A DNA stretch of 64,000 nt from a virus (taxonomy: Duplodnaviria; Caudoviricetes): the IMG/VR virus record IMGVR_UViG_3300025986_000001, positions 66,758-130,757 of that record. One strand, 5' to 3'. How positions within the stretch are numbered: the first letter of the stretch is position 1; the number at the start of each line of letters is the position of its first letter. The position numbers and the translations under genes were made by a program. The notes under the pieces are model-generated. The model made no database searches. It saw nothing but the letters and a program-made list of their open reading frames with translations, and was not told where the DNA came from. This document shows, one piece after another, positions 34,483 to 44,596 of the stretch.

Positions 34483-37400
34483 GTGACTGACCCGTTCGTG
34501 CACCTGCACAATCACACCGAGTACTCGATGCTCGACGGCTACCAGCAACACAAGGAGCTGGCGGCCTGTGTCAGCCAGCTGGGCCAGCCCGCGGTCGCAA
34601 TGACCGATCACGGCAACATGTTCGGCGCGTTCAGCTTCTACCACGCGATGACCAAGGCCGACGTCAAGCCGATCATCGGCGTGGAGGCCTACATCGCCCC
34701 GTCCAGCCGGTTCAACCGCACCCAGGAGTTCTGGGACCCGCGCGGCCGGCGCACCAAGAAGGACCGCGACACCGACGAGGGTGAGAGCAAAGACATCGCC
34801 GGCGGCGGCCGCTTTACCCACCTGACCCTGCTGGCGAAGAACGCCACCGGGCTGCGGATGCTCTACGAGCTGACCGGGCGCGCCTCCATGGAAGGCCAGT
34901 ACCCGCTGGGCAAGGCCCGGATGGACCGCGACCTGTTCGAAGAGGTCATCGGCCGGCACGGGCAGCACCTCATCGCCTCCACCGGCTGCCCATCCAGCGA
35001 GGTGCAGACCCGGCTGCGGCTGGGCCAGTACGACGAGGCCCGCCAGGCCGCCGGCTACTACCGGGAGCTGTTCGGGCCGGAGAACTACTTCATGGAGGTC
35101 ATGGACCACGGCCTGTCCTTCGAGAAGGAAACCCGGGTCGGCCTGCTGAAGATCGGCCAGGAGCTGGGCATCGCGCCGCTGGCCACCAACGACGCGCACT
35201 ACGTCTACGCCGAGCAAGCCCACGGCCATGATTGCCTGCTTTGTATCGGGACGGGCAACTACCTCGCCGACACCGACCGGCTCAAGTTCGACGGCGGCGG
35301 CTACTACATCAAGAGCGCCGAGCAGATGCGCGCGCTGTTCGACGACGAGGTCCCCGGCGCCTGCGACAACACGTTGCTGGTCGCCGACATGGTCACCTCC
35401 TACGAGCAGATGTTCGCCTTCCGCGACCGGATGCCGCACCCGCCGGTGCCCGACGGGTTCACCGAGGAAAGCTACCTGCGGCACCTGGTCGACGCCGGCC
35501 TGACCCGGCGCTACGGCGCGCCGGTGCCTGCCGAGGCCCGCGAGCGGGCCGAGTACGAACTGAAGATCATCCTGCCGCTGGATTTCGCCGGCTACTTCAT
35601 CATGCTGTTCCTGCTGTGCAGGTTCATGCGTGAGCGGGGCATCCGGTTCGGCCCGCGCGGTTCGGCCGCCGGCTCGATCGTCGTGTACGCGCTCGAGATC
35701 GCCGACATGGACCCGCTGAAGCACAAGCTGATGTTCGAGCGGTTCATGAACCCAGAACGCATCTCGCCGCCGGACATCGACCTGGACATCGACGAGCGCC
35801 GCCGCGACGAGGTCGTGCAGTACGTGGTGGACACCTACGGCGCGCAGAACGTCAGTCAGATCATCACCTTCGGCCGGCTGAAGACCCGTGCCTCGCTGAA
35901 GGACTCGGCGCGCATCCAGCAGCTGCCCTACGCCGCCGGCGAGCGGGCGGTCAAGGCGATCCCGCCGGACGCGGCCGGGTTCGGCGTCACCTTCGATGAG
36001 ATCTTCGACGAGACGCACGCCCGCTTCGAGGAGGGTCGGGCCTTCCGGGACATGGTCGTGGCGGACCCGGAGGTGGAGCAGATCCTGCAGGTGGCCCGGC
36101 TGGTGGAGGGCCGGGTGCGCCAGACCGGCGTGCACGCCTGCGGGGTGATCGTTTCCAGCGAGCCGTTGCTGGGCCAGATCCCGGTGTGGCTGGACGTGCC
36201 CAAGGAGGCCGACCGCAGGAAAGGCAAGGTCGAGGCGCTGCTGGCCGGGCACGAGTACCCGGACCTGGAGAGCATGGGCCTGCAGAAGATGGATCTGCTG
36301 GGCCTGCGCAACTGGACGGTCGTCGACGACGCCATCAAGATGATCGAGACGAATCACGGTGTACGGGTCACGGTGGAGCAGCTGGGCGAGCTCGACGACC
36401 CGGAGGTCTACCGGATGCTGGCCCGCGGCGAGACAGCCGGCGTCTTCCAGCTCGAGGGCTCCGGCATGCAGTCGCTGCTGCGGATGATGAAGCCCACCAC
36501 CTTCGAGGACATCATGGCCGTCGGCGCGCTGTACCGGCCCGGGCCGATGGGCATGAAGAGCCACGAGAACTATGCGCTGCGCAAGAACAACCGGCAGCCG
36601 ATCACCCCGATCCACCCGCAACTGGAAGAGCCGCTGCGAGAGGTGCTCGCGCCCACCTACGGCGTCATCTGCTACCAGGAGCAGGTCATCGACGCAGCCA
36701 TGCTGGTGGCCGGCTACACCCGCGGCCAGGCTGACCTGCTGCGCAAGGTCATGGGCAAGAAGAAGAAGGATCTGCTGGCCAAGGAGTACGAGCCGTTCAG
36801 CACGGCGATGCTGGCCAACGGCTTCTGCCAGGAGGCCGTGGACGCGCTCTGGGACACCCTGGTCCCGTTCGCGGAGTACGCGTTCAACAGGGCGCACACC
36901 GCCTGCTACGGCCGGCTGGCGTATGTCACCGCCTGGCTGAAGCTGCACTACCCGGCCGAGTACCTGGCGGCGCTGCTGACCAGCGTCGGCGACAAGAAGG
37001 AGAAGGCGGCACTGTACCTGGCCGAATGCCGCCGGCTGGGCATCGGCGTGCTGCCGCCGGACGTCAACCAGAGCCAGGCGGCGATGACCGTCGTCGACGG
37101 GAAGATCCGTTTCGGACTCAGCGCGATCCGTGATGTCGGCTCCGGGGTGGTGGCCGCGGTGCTCAAGGGCCGCCAGGACCGGCCCTACGAGTCGTTCTTC
37201 GACTTCATCACCCGGGTCCCGGCGGCCGGCTGCACCAAGAAGGCGGTGCTCGGGCTCATCGAGGCCGGCGGCTTCGATGAGTTCGGCACCCCGCGGCGCT
37301 GCCTCACGATGATCCACGAGCAGGCGGTGGAGGCGGCCGCCAAGGACAAGAAGGCCGAGGCGCGCGGCGCGTTCACCCTCTTCGAGACCCTCGACGACAA

Positions 37401-38076
37401 GCCCAGCAGCCTCGAGGTGGCCGGTGTCGTGATGCCGGACTTCCCGGAGTGGAAGAAGGAGGAGCTGCTGGCGTTCGAACGGACCCGGCTCGGCCTGTAC
37501 GTCACCGGTCACCCGCTCGACGGCGCCGAGAAGGTGCTGGCCGCCTACCGGACCTCGACGCTGCTGGAGGTCCGCGAGAGCGAAGTCCTCGAAGGCGACG
37601 TGCACATCTCCGGCATCATCACCGGCTACGCAGTCCTGATGGCCAAGAGCGGCCCGATGGCGACCTTCGAGCTGGAGGACATCGACACCTCGATCCGCTG
37701 CGTGGTGTTCCCGAAGACCTACCAGCTGCTCGGCGGCGCGCTGGGCAACGACATGATCGTCAGCATCAAGGGCCGGCTGAGCGAATACGACGGCGACGCC
37801 AACATCATGGTCGACCGGGTGCTGGTGCTCAACCTGCAGGACGGCGAGATCCCGGTGGTGCTGCGCATCCCGCAGCCGCGGATCACCGAGCCGCTGGTGG
37901 CTCAGCTGAAGCTGATCCTGCAGCGGCACCCCGGCGAACGGCCGACCCGCATCGAGGTCGAAACCCCGTCGGGGAAGAAGACCCAGTACGCGCTGCCCGG
38001 CTTCCCCGTGCTGCCCGGGGTGGAGTTCCGGACGGAGATCAAGGAGCTGCTCGGCAAGGGTGCGGTCCTGGCCTGA
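34483..38076 (+). CDS. dnaE: DNA polymerase III alpha subunit
   Basis: PHP domain HLHNHTEYSMLDG; RGSAAGS; PDIDLD; KMDLLGL; YRPGPM; YAFNRAH; C-terminal OB fold. Confidence 0.97.
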   Translation: MTDPFVHLHNHTEYSMLDGYQQHKELAACVSQLGQPAVAMTDHGNMFGAFSFYHAMTKADVKPIIGVEAYIAPSSRFNRTQEFWDPRGRRTKKDRDTDEGESKDIAGGGRFTHLTLLAKNATGLRMLYELTGRASMEGQYPLGKARMDRDLFEEVIGRHGQHLIASTGCPSSEVQTRLRLGQYDEARQAAGYYRELFGPENYFMEVMDHGLSFEKETRVGLLKIGQELGIAPLATNDAHYVYAEQAHGHDCLLCIGTGNYLADTDRLKFDGGGYYIKSAEQMRALFDDEVPGACDNTLLVADMVTSYEQMFAFRDRMPHPPVPDGFTEESYLRHLVDAGLTRRYGAPVPAEARERAEYELKIILPLDFAGYFIMLFLLCRFMRERGIRFGPRGSAAGSIVVYALEIADMDPLKHKLMFERFMNPERISPPDIDLDIDERRRDEVVQYVVDTYGAQNVSQIITFGRLKTRASLKDSARIQQLPYAAGERAVKAIPPDAAGFGVTFDEIFDETHARFEEGRAFRDMVVADPEVEQILQVARLVEGRVRQTGVHACGVIVSSEPLLGQIPVWLDVPKEADRRKGKVEALLAGHEYPDLESMGLQKMDLLGLRNWTVVDDAIKMIETNHGVRVTVEQLGELDDPEVYRMLARGETAGVFQLEGSGMQSLLRMMKPTTFEDIMAVGALYRPGPMGMKSHENYALRKNNRQPITPIHPQLEEPLREVLAPTYGVICYQEQVIDAAMLVAGYTRGQADLLRKVMGKKKKDLLAKEYEPFSTAMLANGFCQEAVDALWDTLVPFAEYAFNRAHTACYGRLAYVTAWLKLHYPAEYLAALLTSVGDKKEKAALYLAECRRLGIGVLPPDVNQSQAAMTVVDGKIRFGLSAIRDVGSGVVAAVLKGRQDRPYESFFDFITRVPAAGCTKKAVLGLIEAGGFDEFGTPRRCLTMIHEQAVEAAAKDKKAEARGAFTLFETLDDKPSSLEVAGVVMPDFPEWKKEELLAFERTRLGLYVTGHPLDGAEKVLAAYRTSTLLEVRESEVLEGDVHISGIITGYAVLMAKSGPMATFELEDIDTSIRCVVFPKTYQLLGGALGNDMIVSIKGRLSEYDGDANIMVDRVLVLNLQDGEIPVVLRIPQPRITEPLVAQLKLILQRHPGERPTRIEVETPSGKKTQYALPGFPVLPGVEFRTEIKELLGKGAVLA

Positions 38077-38167
38077 ACGCTGCGCGCGCGTGACGGTGCG
38101 CCCGGGTGCGAGCCCGGGCGTGGCCGCCGGCGCACGAGGCGCTGGGGAACAGGAAGCGAGAAAGATC

Positions 38168-38461
38168 ATGACTGTGACTTTGGAGGCGCCGGTCGCCGCC
38201 GAGTGCGACGTCGCAACCCACGTAGCGGAGTACCAGGTGCACCTGGCCGGCGGCGGTCGCGACAGCGGCGTCCTGGCGCTTGCCCTGACAGAACTGGACG
38301 GCCTGCAGGACATCCGGCGGCAGGTCACCGGCCACCTGGCGCAGGGACGCGACTACGGCGAGCCCTGGGAGATCAAGTGGATGCGGGTGCTCACCGTCGA
38401 GCGCTACGGCGATTTCGTCGGCGGCGGATACCTCGACATGCAGACCATTCGTGGGTTCTGA
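38168..38461 (+). CDS. hypothetical protein
   Basis: ORF with plausible RBS. Confidence 0.6.
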   Translation: MTVTLEAPVAAECDVATHVAEYQVHLAGGGRDSGVLALALTELDGLQDIRRQVTGHLAQGRDYGEPWEIKWMRVLTVERYGDFVGGGYLDMQTIRGF

Positions 38462-38513
38462 CCATGCGCGGGGCGGCTCGGACCTGTCGTAGTTTACTGC
38501 TAAGCTGTTCGAC

Positions 38514-38759
38514 ATGACAGACGCGAGCGAGGATGGCCGGCCGCCCGTCGTGGTCCAAGTACACCTGAACTGGCCCGGCGCCGGCGGGCACTCCGAGGAC
38601 AGCTATGAGATCCCCCGGGACCAGTGGGACCGGATGACCCCTGCGGAGCGTGGCGCCTACTGCGACGGCCTCGCCGAGGAGGAGGCCGACAACAAGTTCA
38701 GCTGGGGCTGGGACATCGCCGACCCGGCTGACTACGCGGCCACCGAGGGGTCGAAGTGA
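38514..38759 (+). CDS. hypothetical protein
   Basis: GC3-biased ORF. Confidence 0.65.
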   Translation: MTDASEDGRPPVVVQVHLNWPGAGGHSEDSYEIPRDQWDRMTPAERGAYCDGLAEEEADNKFSWGWDIADPADYAATEGSK

Positions 38760-38941
38760 GGATCAAGGGCGTTCACCCGGACTCGCCGCGCGGTGAGCTG
38801 GTCGAACAATATTTCCAGGCGCTGGTTGATCGGGACTACAGGGTGGCTCGGGTCTGCATGATGAGCCTGCTAAACACCACGAACGCCCAGATATCCGCGG
38901 AGGTCATCCGCCTGACGCACGAAATGGAGCCACCGGCGTGA
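38756..38941 (+). CDS. hypothetical protein
   Basis: GTGA coupling. Confidence 0.5.
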   Translation: MRIKGVHPDSPRGELVEQYFQALVDRDYRVARVCMMSLLNTTNAQISAEVIRLTHEMEPPA

Positions 38942-39603
38942 ATCAGGAGACCTTTCCTGAGGCGATGAGTGACAGCGGCCTGGCCAGGGGCGCCGCTGAC
39001 GGGAACCCGATCCATGTCGGCGACCAGGTGATGGTCCGGGCCGAAGTACTGCGCTCGAAGGCCGGCGTCGGCGCGCTGCTGCGCCTCTACTCCAGGACCG
39101 ACGAGATGCAGGTCTGGGTACGCGAGGATCATCTGCGCTATGCCGTCGCCGATGTGGACCTTCCGGCAGAGCCGCCAGACCACACCTGGCTGTACGTCGA
39201 CGGTGGCGAGTTCGACGACGGATGCTCGCGGATCTTCAACCGTGACGACCGTGAAGGGCACTTCGACGAACACCGGCGCTACCAGCAACACTGGTACGAC
39301 CATACCGGCGACGGCTGGATCGACTGGCCGGCGGCGGTCGAGCGCGGCGCCACCCGGCCCGCGGCGCGCCGGATGGTGGTGCTGAGCACCGGCGCTGAGC
39401 ACATCGACATCGTGGCTCAAGACGCCGCAATGTACATCTGCTGGTTGGACGGCGACTGGAAGTCGATGACCAGCCGCATGGAGCCGCGGCAGCGCGATGC
39501 CGCGGCGGCCGCCGTCGAACGCCACCGTGAACGCGTGGGCCGCGACCCGATCATGAACTTGCGGTGGTGGATCCATGAGGCGGCCGGCGGCGAGCATGGA
39601 TGA
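38938..39603 (+). CDS. hypothetical protein
   Basis: Coupled ORF. Confidence 0.65.
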   Translation: MNQETFPEAMSDSGLARGAADGNPIHVGDQVMVRAEVLRSKAGVGALLRLYSRTDEMQVWVREDHLRYAVADVDLPAEPPDHTWLYVDGGEFDDGCSRIFNRDDREGHFDEHRRYQQHWYDHTGDGWIDWPAAVERGATRPAARRMVVLSTGAEHIDIVAQDAAMYICWLDGDWKSMTSRMEPRQRDAAAAAVERHRERVGRDPIMNLRWWIHEAAGGEHG

Positions 39604-40210
39604 CACCGCCGCGCAGATCTGGCCCGAGGTGATGGTGACCGCCCACCGTAAGCTGCCCCGCGGCAGCGTCGACGAATGGCTCTACCGGGCGGTCTACGAC
39701 GTCATGCGCAAGCTCGCCGACGGGCACGGCCTCGAACGCGCCACCTCGGGCCTGGCCACCGGCGGCGACACCGTCTGGGGGCAGGTCGCGATGGCCCAGC
39801 AGCGGTCGCTGCGCGCCGCGATCCCGTACCCGGACCAGCCGCTGGACGGCACCGACGGCCACTTCGGGCCCCGCTGGACCAAGCAGCAGCAGGCCGACTG
39901 GCAGCGGCTGCGGCAGTACGCCGAGGACACCGGCGGCGCAGAGCTGGTCAGCGCGCACAACCCGCGCTCCTTCAACGAGCGGGTGGCCCTGCTGCACGCC
40001 CGCAACGACTGGATGCTGGAACGCACCCAGGCTGTCGTCGCGATCTGGGCGCCGGCCAATCTGCGTTCCGGCACCGGCAATTGCCTGCGCAAGGCAGCCG
40101 GCGTCGGCAAGCCCATCATTCTGGTGAACCTGGCCAACCAGCGCGTAACCCGGCCGCTGCCCCACCATTGGGCCCGGTACCTGAACATGCCGACACTGTC
40201 GAGGACCTGA
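39596..40210 (+). CDS. SLOG family protein (YspA/DUF1273-like)
   Basis: VTAHR, SGLATGGDT.W, RNDWML, VVAIW...SGTGNC...A. Confidence 0.8.
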   Translation: MDDTAAQIWPEVMVTAHRKLPRGSVDEWLYRAVYDVMRKLADGHGLERATSGLATGGDTVWGQVAMAQQRSLRAAIPYPDQPLDGTDGHFGPRWTKQQQADWQRLRQYAEDTGGAELVSAHNPRSFNERVALLHARNDWMLERTQAVVAIWAPANLRSGTGNCLRKAAGVGKPIILVNLANQRVTRPLPHHWARYLNMPTLSRT

Positions 40211-40388
40211 TGATCCTGCTACGAGTTTGCTGCCGCGGGCGTGGTCGGTGCGCACGCATGGATGTGCGCGCCGCCCTGAGCCACGCTGCGCAACGGTCCC
40301 GGCGTTCCGGCCGGGACCAGCACATCCGCTACCACGACGGGGCGTGGCGGATCACCGAGGCGCCGCTGCGCCGGAAAGAAGAGAGATC

Positions 40389-40811
40389 ATGAAAGAGAAG
40401 TTCGACGGCGACGGGGAACCGATGGCCGACAGGGTTGAGGTGGCGCTGCCCGACCTGCTCGGGTTCCAGAACTGGAACGGCATCGACGTCTGCTGTGTCG
40501 GCGAGGACGGGGACAGCTGGGTAGCGCTCGGACATCACGATCCGGGCGACACCCTGGAGGCGTTCAACCGCTTCGCCCGGCACGTCATCGGCCTGGACGA
40601 CGTCGTCGACGGGCTGAGCGAGCCCGACAGCTGGCCGCCTGTCAAGCCGCTGTGGGCAGTGCTCCAGGAGCACTGCGACGAGTACGGCAGCGCTGAGCAC
40701 GACGAGGCCTGCTACGAGTGCCAGGACATCGAAGAGGCAGGCTGGTGGCTCAACTGGGGCGTCACCGAGCAGACGCCCGGCGCGTTCCCCATCATGGTGC
40801 TGAGCTTCTGA
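40389..40811 (+). CDS. hypothetical protein
   Basis: GC3-biased ORF. Confidence 0.7.
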   Translation: MKEKFDGDGEPMADRVEVALPDLLGFQNWNGIDVCCVGEDGDSWVALGHHDPGDTLEAFNRFARHVIGLDDVVDGLSEPDSWPPVKPLWAVLQEHCDEYGSAEHDEACYECQDIEEAGWWLNWGVTEQTPGAFPIMVLSF

Positions 40812-40883
40812 TGACCGCTCACGGCACCCCCATCCCTGAGCATCCCGGTGGTACCAGGACAACCCGAGAGAGGAACGCTAGCC

Positions 40884-41105
40884 ATGTCACGGTGCCCGCA
40901 GTGCGGTGGTGAGAGCACGGTGGAGGTCAAGCGGGGCTTGCGGGCTCGCCCGTTGGGCAGCCACTCCCTGGCCGGCGCGCAGATGAAAGTTTCCGCCCGG
41001 GAGGTCGCAGTCGCCACCTGCACCAACTGCGACCTGCACCTGATCGGGCACCTGGAGACCGGCCCAGATCCGGAAGGCAAGCTCTACTTCGTCGTCGACC
41101 CCTGA
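40884..41105 (+). CDS. zinc-ribbon protein
   Basis: CPQC...CTNC. Confidence 0.65.
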   Translation: MSRCPQCGGESTVEVKRGLRARPLGSHSLAGAQMKVSAREVAVATCTNCDLHLIGHLETGPDPEGKLYFVVDP

Positions 41106-41299
41106 ATTCCCCCGCGCGCGAAAGCACACAACGAACGAAGGGTCAATAAGAAACTAGCGCGCAAAGCTTGCATTTGCCGCCCTCTGACTGTCATCATGGC
41201 GCGAGCAAGCGGAGTCTGCCCGCTGACCTGAAACGCCCGCTGACCTGCTGGTCGCGGGCGTTTTCGCGTATCTGGGCCCGGATGGACGGAGGCGCTGCC

Positions 41300-41545
41300 G
41301 TGAACCCTGACGCCATGGTCACCCGCGCGCAGGCCGCCATGGTCACCCTGGTCCGGCCGGACACCATCGGCAAATGGCAGGCCCGCGGCTGGACCTCCCC
41401 CACCGGCGAGCGGCGGTTTCTGACCACCCAGCTGTCACCGGACGGGCGCACCCTGCGCTACCGGCTCGGCGACATCCTCGAGGCCGAACGCGACACCCGG
41501 CTCAACCCGCGAGCCCGCCGGCGGCACACCATCCTGGTTGCCTGA
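41300..41545 (+). CDS. small HTH (MerR/excisionase-like) protein
   Basis: VTRAQAA...VRPDTIGKW..RG...YRLGDILEAE. Confidence 0.65.
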   Translation: MNPDAMVTRAQAAMVTLVRPDTIGKWQARGWTSPTGERRFLTTQLSPDGRTLRYRLGDILEAERDTRLNPRARRRHTILVA

Positions 41546-41925
41546 TGCCCGGCTGGGACTGGCCCAACACCGTCATCACCCGGGTTATCGACGGCGACAC
41601 CGTCGAGGCGATGCTCACCCGCGACCTCGGCTTCGAAGCCAGCGCCACCTTCCCGGTACGGCTGCGGCTGAACCGGATCAACGCCGAGCCCTCCAACCGG
41701 GACAAGGGTTTCCGGTGCGCCGGACGGGTTCTCGCGCTGACCGCCGGCGTCCGGGTCGCCGTCACCACCGGCAAGGGCTACAAGTACGGCGCCCCCGACG
41801 GCAAGACCGGCGAATGGATGGCCGAGGTCGTGCTGCCCGACGGGCGCAACCTCTCGGACCTGCTGGTCGCCGAAGGCCTCGCCGTCTACTGGGACGGCCG
41901 CGGCGCCCGGCCCGACGGGGCCTGA
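41545..41925 (+). CDS. thermonuclease (SNase-like)
   Basis: RVIDGDTV, DLGF, RLRLNRINAE, KYG, LVAEGLA. Confidence 0.85.
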   Translation: MPGWDWPNTVITRVIDGDTVEAMLTRDLGFEASATFPVRLRLNRINAEPSNRDKGFRCAGRVLALTAGVRVAVTTGKGYKYGAPDGKTGEWMAEVVLPDGRNLSDLLVAEGLAVYWDGRGARPDGA

Positions 41926-41958
41926 CCACACCCGCACCTCCACGACGAACGGATCCTC

Positions 41959-42219
41959 ATGGTTCAGCCCACCCGGCACCCGGCCACCACACAGCTGCTC
42001 GGCTTTTTCGCCTTCGAGCACCTGCCACCGTTCCTGCAGGCCGTCAGCTCGCCCTGCCACGACCTGGCCTACGACGTGGCCACCACGCTGCCCGACGGCC
42101 CGGAACTGACCGCAGGGCTGCGCAAACTTCTGGAAGCCAAGGACGCCTTCGTGCGCCAGGCCCTGGTGGCCCGCCACGCCGGACCCGGCGATCAGACACC
42201 GGACGACAACGCCGCATAG
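41959..42219 (+). CDS. small helical phage protein
   Basis: FF.FEHLP..LQ.VS...LPDGPELTAGLRKLLEAKD.FVR. Confidence 0.85.
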   Translation: MVQPTRHPATTQLLGFFAFEHLPPFLQAVSSPCHDLAYDVATTLPDGPELTAGLRKLLEAKDAFVRQALVARHAGPGDQTPDDNAA

Positions 42220-42266
42220 ACACAGCAGGCAACAACCCCCACCCCCGGTCGAGGCAGGCGGTGCCG

Positions 42267-42731
42267 ATGGGCGACGACACGGACGCCGCCGAGGCACCGC
42301 CGCCTCCCGGGACCAACAAGGTGGAGATCACCGTCGGCGGGCACAGCGTGAGCGTCGAATCCGCCGAGCCGCTCGCGGCTGTCGTCGAGCACGTGATGCG
42401 CATCTACCAGCTGACCCGTGACGCGGCGAAAACGCTGCCGTTCGGGTTCGACGCCACCGGCGGGCAGTTCGAACGGGCCGAGCCGTACCTCGAACCCAGC
42501 AGCATGCAGCGCTGGGACGACGAAGGCACCCAGCGGCTGACGACCCGCGACGGGCGGACCCGCAACCTGGGGGGACGTGACGAGGTTGAGCGGCGGCTGG
42601 GCCGGGTCGAACCGGAAGAACGAACTACCTGCCGACTGGGAATCGCGGATCCGCCCGGCCATCATCGCGCGCGACTCGGCGAGGTGTCGGTGGATCGAGG
42701 GCGGGCGCCGGTGCGCCGCGAAGGGCACTGA
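42267..42731 (+). CDS. hypothetical protein (3' part overlaps the HNH gene)
   Basis: MGDDTD start. Confidence 0.5.
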   Translation: MGDDTDAAEAPPPPGTNKVEITVGGHSVSVESAEPLAAVVEHVMRIYQLTRDAAKTLPFGFDATGGQFERAEPYLEPSSMQRWDDEGTQRLTTRDGRTRNLGGRDEVERRLGRVEPEERTTCRLGIADPPGHHRARLGEVSVDRGRAPVRREGH

Positions 42732-42885
42732 CGTCGACCACGTCGGCGACAAACACGACCACGGGCTGCAGAACCTGCGGCTGCTGTGCAACTTCCACCA
42801 CCTCAAACGCAGCTCCGCACAGGGGCACGCCGCGAAGAAAGCCCGCGCGGACCGCAACGTCGAAAACCATCCGGCATACGGCTGA
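42577..42885 (+). CDS. HNH endonuclease (packaging-associated type)
   Basis: RD..RC, TDVDH...DH...NLRLLCNFHH. Confidence 0.85.
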   Translation: MTRLSGGWAGSNRKNELPADWESRIRPAIIARDSARCRWIEGGRRCAAKGTDVDHVGDKHDHGLQNLRLLCNFHHLKRSSAQGHAAKKARADRNVENHPAYG

Positions 42886-42919
42886 GCGCCGCGCACGACA
42901 AGGAAAGGCCACCTCACCC

Positions 42920-43351
42920 ATGGCCGGCTTCAACGAACGGTTCCCGATGACCGACCAGGTCTGGTTCGACGCCGCCAACCCGGCGGCGCTGCACGACGCA
43001 CTGCGCACCGACTTCGCCCGCACGAAACTGGCGGTCGAGCGCCGGCCGAGCCTCAAACGCCACGTCGCGGAATGCCCCGTCTGCCGGGCGATCATCGCGG
43101 CGGTCGGCAGCACGCCGGCGCCGACGGCCGCCCGGCGGCGCATCAAACTGGTGATCACCCCCGAGGCGATGCACCGGATGCTGCGGCTGCCCGAGAACTT
43201 CGAGATCGTGCACATGTTCGCCGTCGACGACCCCAACAGCGTCGGCGTGCTGGTGGCCGGCGACGGCCTGCCGGAGGCGGATCCGCTCACCGAGACACCC
43301 ACGGTCAGCCCGGACGATGTGGTCAGGGCCGCACGACACGGAACGTCCTAG
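42920..43351 (+). CDS. hypothetical protein
   Basis: AAGGAAAGG RBS. Confidence 0.7.
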   Translation: MAGFNERFPMTDQVWFDAANPAALHDALRTDFARTKLAVERRPSLKRHVAECPVCRAIIAAVGSTPAPTAARRRIKLVITPEAMHRMLRLPENFEIVHMFAVDDPNSVGVLVAGDGLPEADPLTETPTVSPDDVVRAARHGTS

Positions 43352-43439
43352 GACGTCCTGTTACCTGTGCCCGCGTTCACCACAACAGCTCTGAGCTGCA
43401 CAGACTCGGCGCATCCCAGCGCCTGGGAGGGAGCCTGGG

Positions 43440-43700
43440 ATGCGCCGATTCGAGCTTCATCGTGATCAGGACGTCAGCGGGGTTTCCGGGACGGGCCTGG
43501 TGGCCCAGGGCGTCCAGTTCGACGACGGCACCTGCGCACTGCGCTGGCTGGGCGAGCACCACTCCACCGCGGTGTACGACGATGCCGTCGACATCGAACT
43601 GATCCACGGTCACGGCGGTGCGACCCGGATGGTTTGGCTCGACCTGGCCGTGCTGATCCGCCGCGACGAACTGCTCAGCCGCGGGAACCTGCGGCGATGA
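43440..43700 (+). CDS. small phage protein
   Basis: D.SGVSGTG.VA.GVQFDDG...RW...IHGHGG. Confidence 0.85.
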   Translation: MRRFELHRDQDVSGVSGTGLVAQGVQFDDGTCALRWLGEHHSTAVYDDAVDIELIHGHGGATRMVWLDLAVLIRRDELLSRGNLRR

Positions 43701-43918
43701 GCGCGTTCACCGAGCAGCGCGAGGACGTCGAGGAGTGCGGCTGCGACTTCGTGCAGCAGCTCGCCGACGGCGGGGAGAGGTTCGAGTTGCACCACGTCGT
43801 GCCGGACGACGGCGCCGAGCATCAGCTCGAGCCGGACTGCCCGTGCCGGCCGGACATCCACCGGGTCGACTACGACTGGATCGTCGTCGACCACCGTGAC
43901 CAGGAGCGAGTCGGCTGA
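43697..43918 (+). CDS. His/Cys-rich small protein
   Basis: HVVP...EH....DCPCRP. Confidence 0.65.
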   Translation: MSAFTEQREDVEECGCDFVQQLADGGERFELHHVVPDDGAEHQLEPDCPCRPDIHRVDYDWIVVDHRDQERVG

Positions 43919-43920
43919 TC

Positions 43921-44130
43921 ATGCGTTTCGGCTGGCGCCGGCGGCGCAGCACCAGCGAACCTGTCGCGCCGCGGCGGCACATCTACCTGTCCACCGGATG
44001 CCTGCACGGCCACCACGAGTACTGCCAGAGCATGACCGGCCAGCAGGGCGCCAAGCGACCCGGGCGCTGCAAATTCTGCGACTCGCGCTGCGTGTGTTCC
44101 TGCCACGAGAAGCGCCTGGTCAACCGCTGA
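43921..44130 (+). CDS. His/Cys-rich small protein
   Basis: YLSTGCLHG.H.YC...CKFC...CVCSCH. Confidence 0.7.
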   Translation: MRFGWRRRRSTSEPVAPRRHIYLSTGCLHGHHEYCQSMTGQQGAKRPGRCKFCDSRCVCSCHEKRLVNR

Positions 44131-44173
44131 ACCCGCCGCACTGACCCGCATACCGTAAAGGAGGGCCGGTGCG

Positions 44174-44596
44174 TTGACTGCGCTCGCCACCACTGTCACC
44201 GTCGGGTCGGTCGTCTATGCGGCCGGCACGGACCACACCGCGATGCCGTCCGAGGTGGTCGACGTCGTGCGCAACCCCAGCGCCTGGGTGGGCGGGGTGG
44301 TGCCGGCGTTGTCGGCCGACAACCCGCAGCACGTAACCCTGACCGCCAGCACCGTGGCCACCGTGACGTTCGCCGACGACTACCCGGAGGTCGAGGTCGT
44401 CAACGTCGACGGCGCGGCCGCGGTGTATTTCACCGTCGGCGCCACCGGCGTGCCGACGGTCGGCGGCAACGGCTGCAACGTGCTGCCGGCCGCGATCGGC
44501 TACCTGAGCATCCCGGCGCGTTCCTCCGGCGACACCATCGTCAAGTTGATCTCTTCGGGTACGCCGAAGGTTTCCGTCCGGGGGGTGCGGCACTGA
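44174..44596 (+). CDS. probable virion structural protein
   Basis: AAGGAGG RBS; Thr/Val/Ala-rich beta composition. Confidence 0.7.
   Translation: MTALATTVTVGSVVYAAGTDHTAMPSEVVDVVRNPSAWVGGVVPALSADNPQHVTLTASTVATVTFADDYPEVEVVNVDGAAAVYFTVGATGVPTVGGNGCNVLPAAIGYLSIPARSSGDTIVKLISSGTPKVSVRGVRH

Noticed and set aside
34381-38328. 1315-aa minus-strand ORF and similar long antisense ORFs opposite the tailspike genes
   Set aside because: Shadow frames produced by high GC3 codon bias of the real genes.
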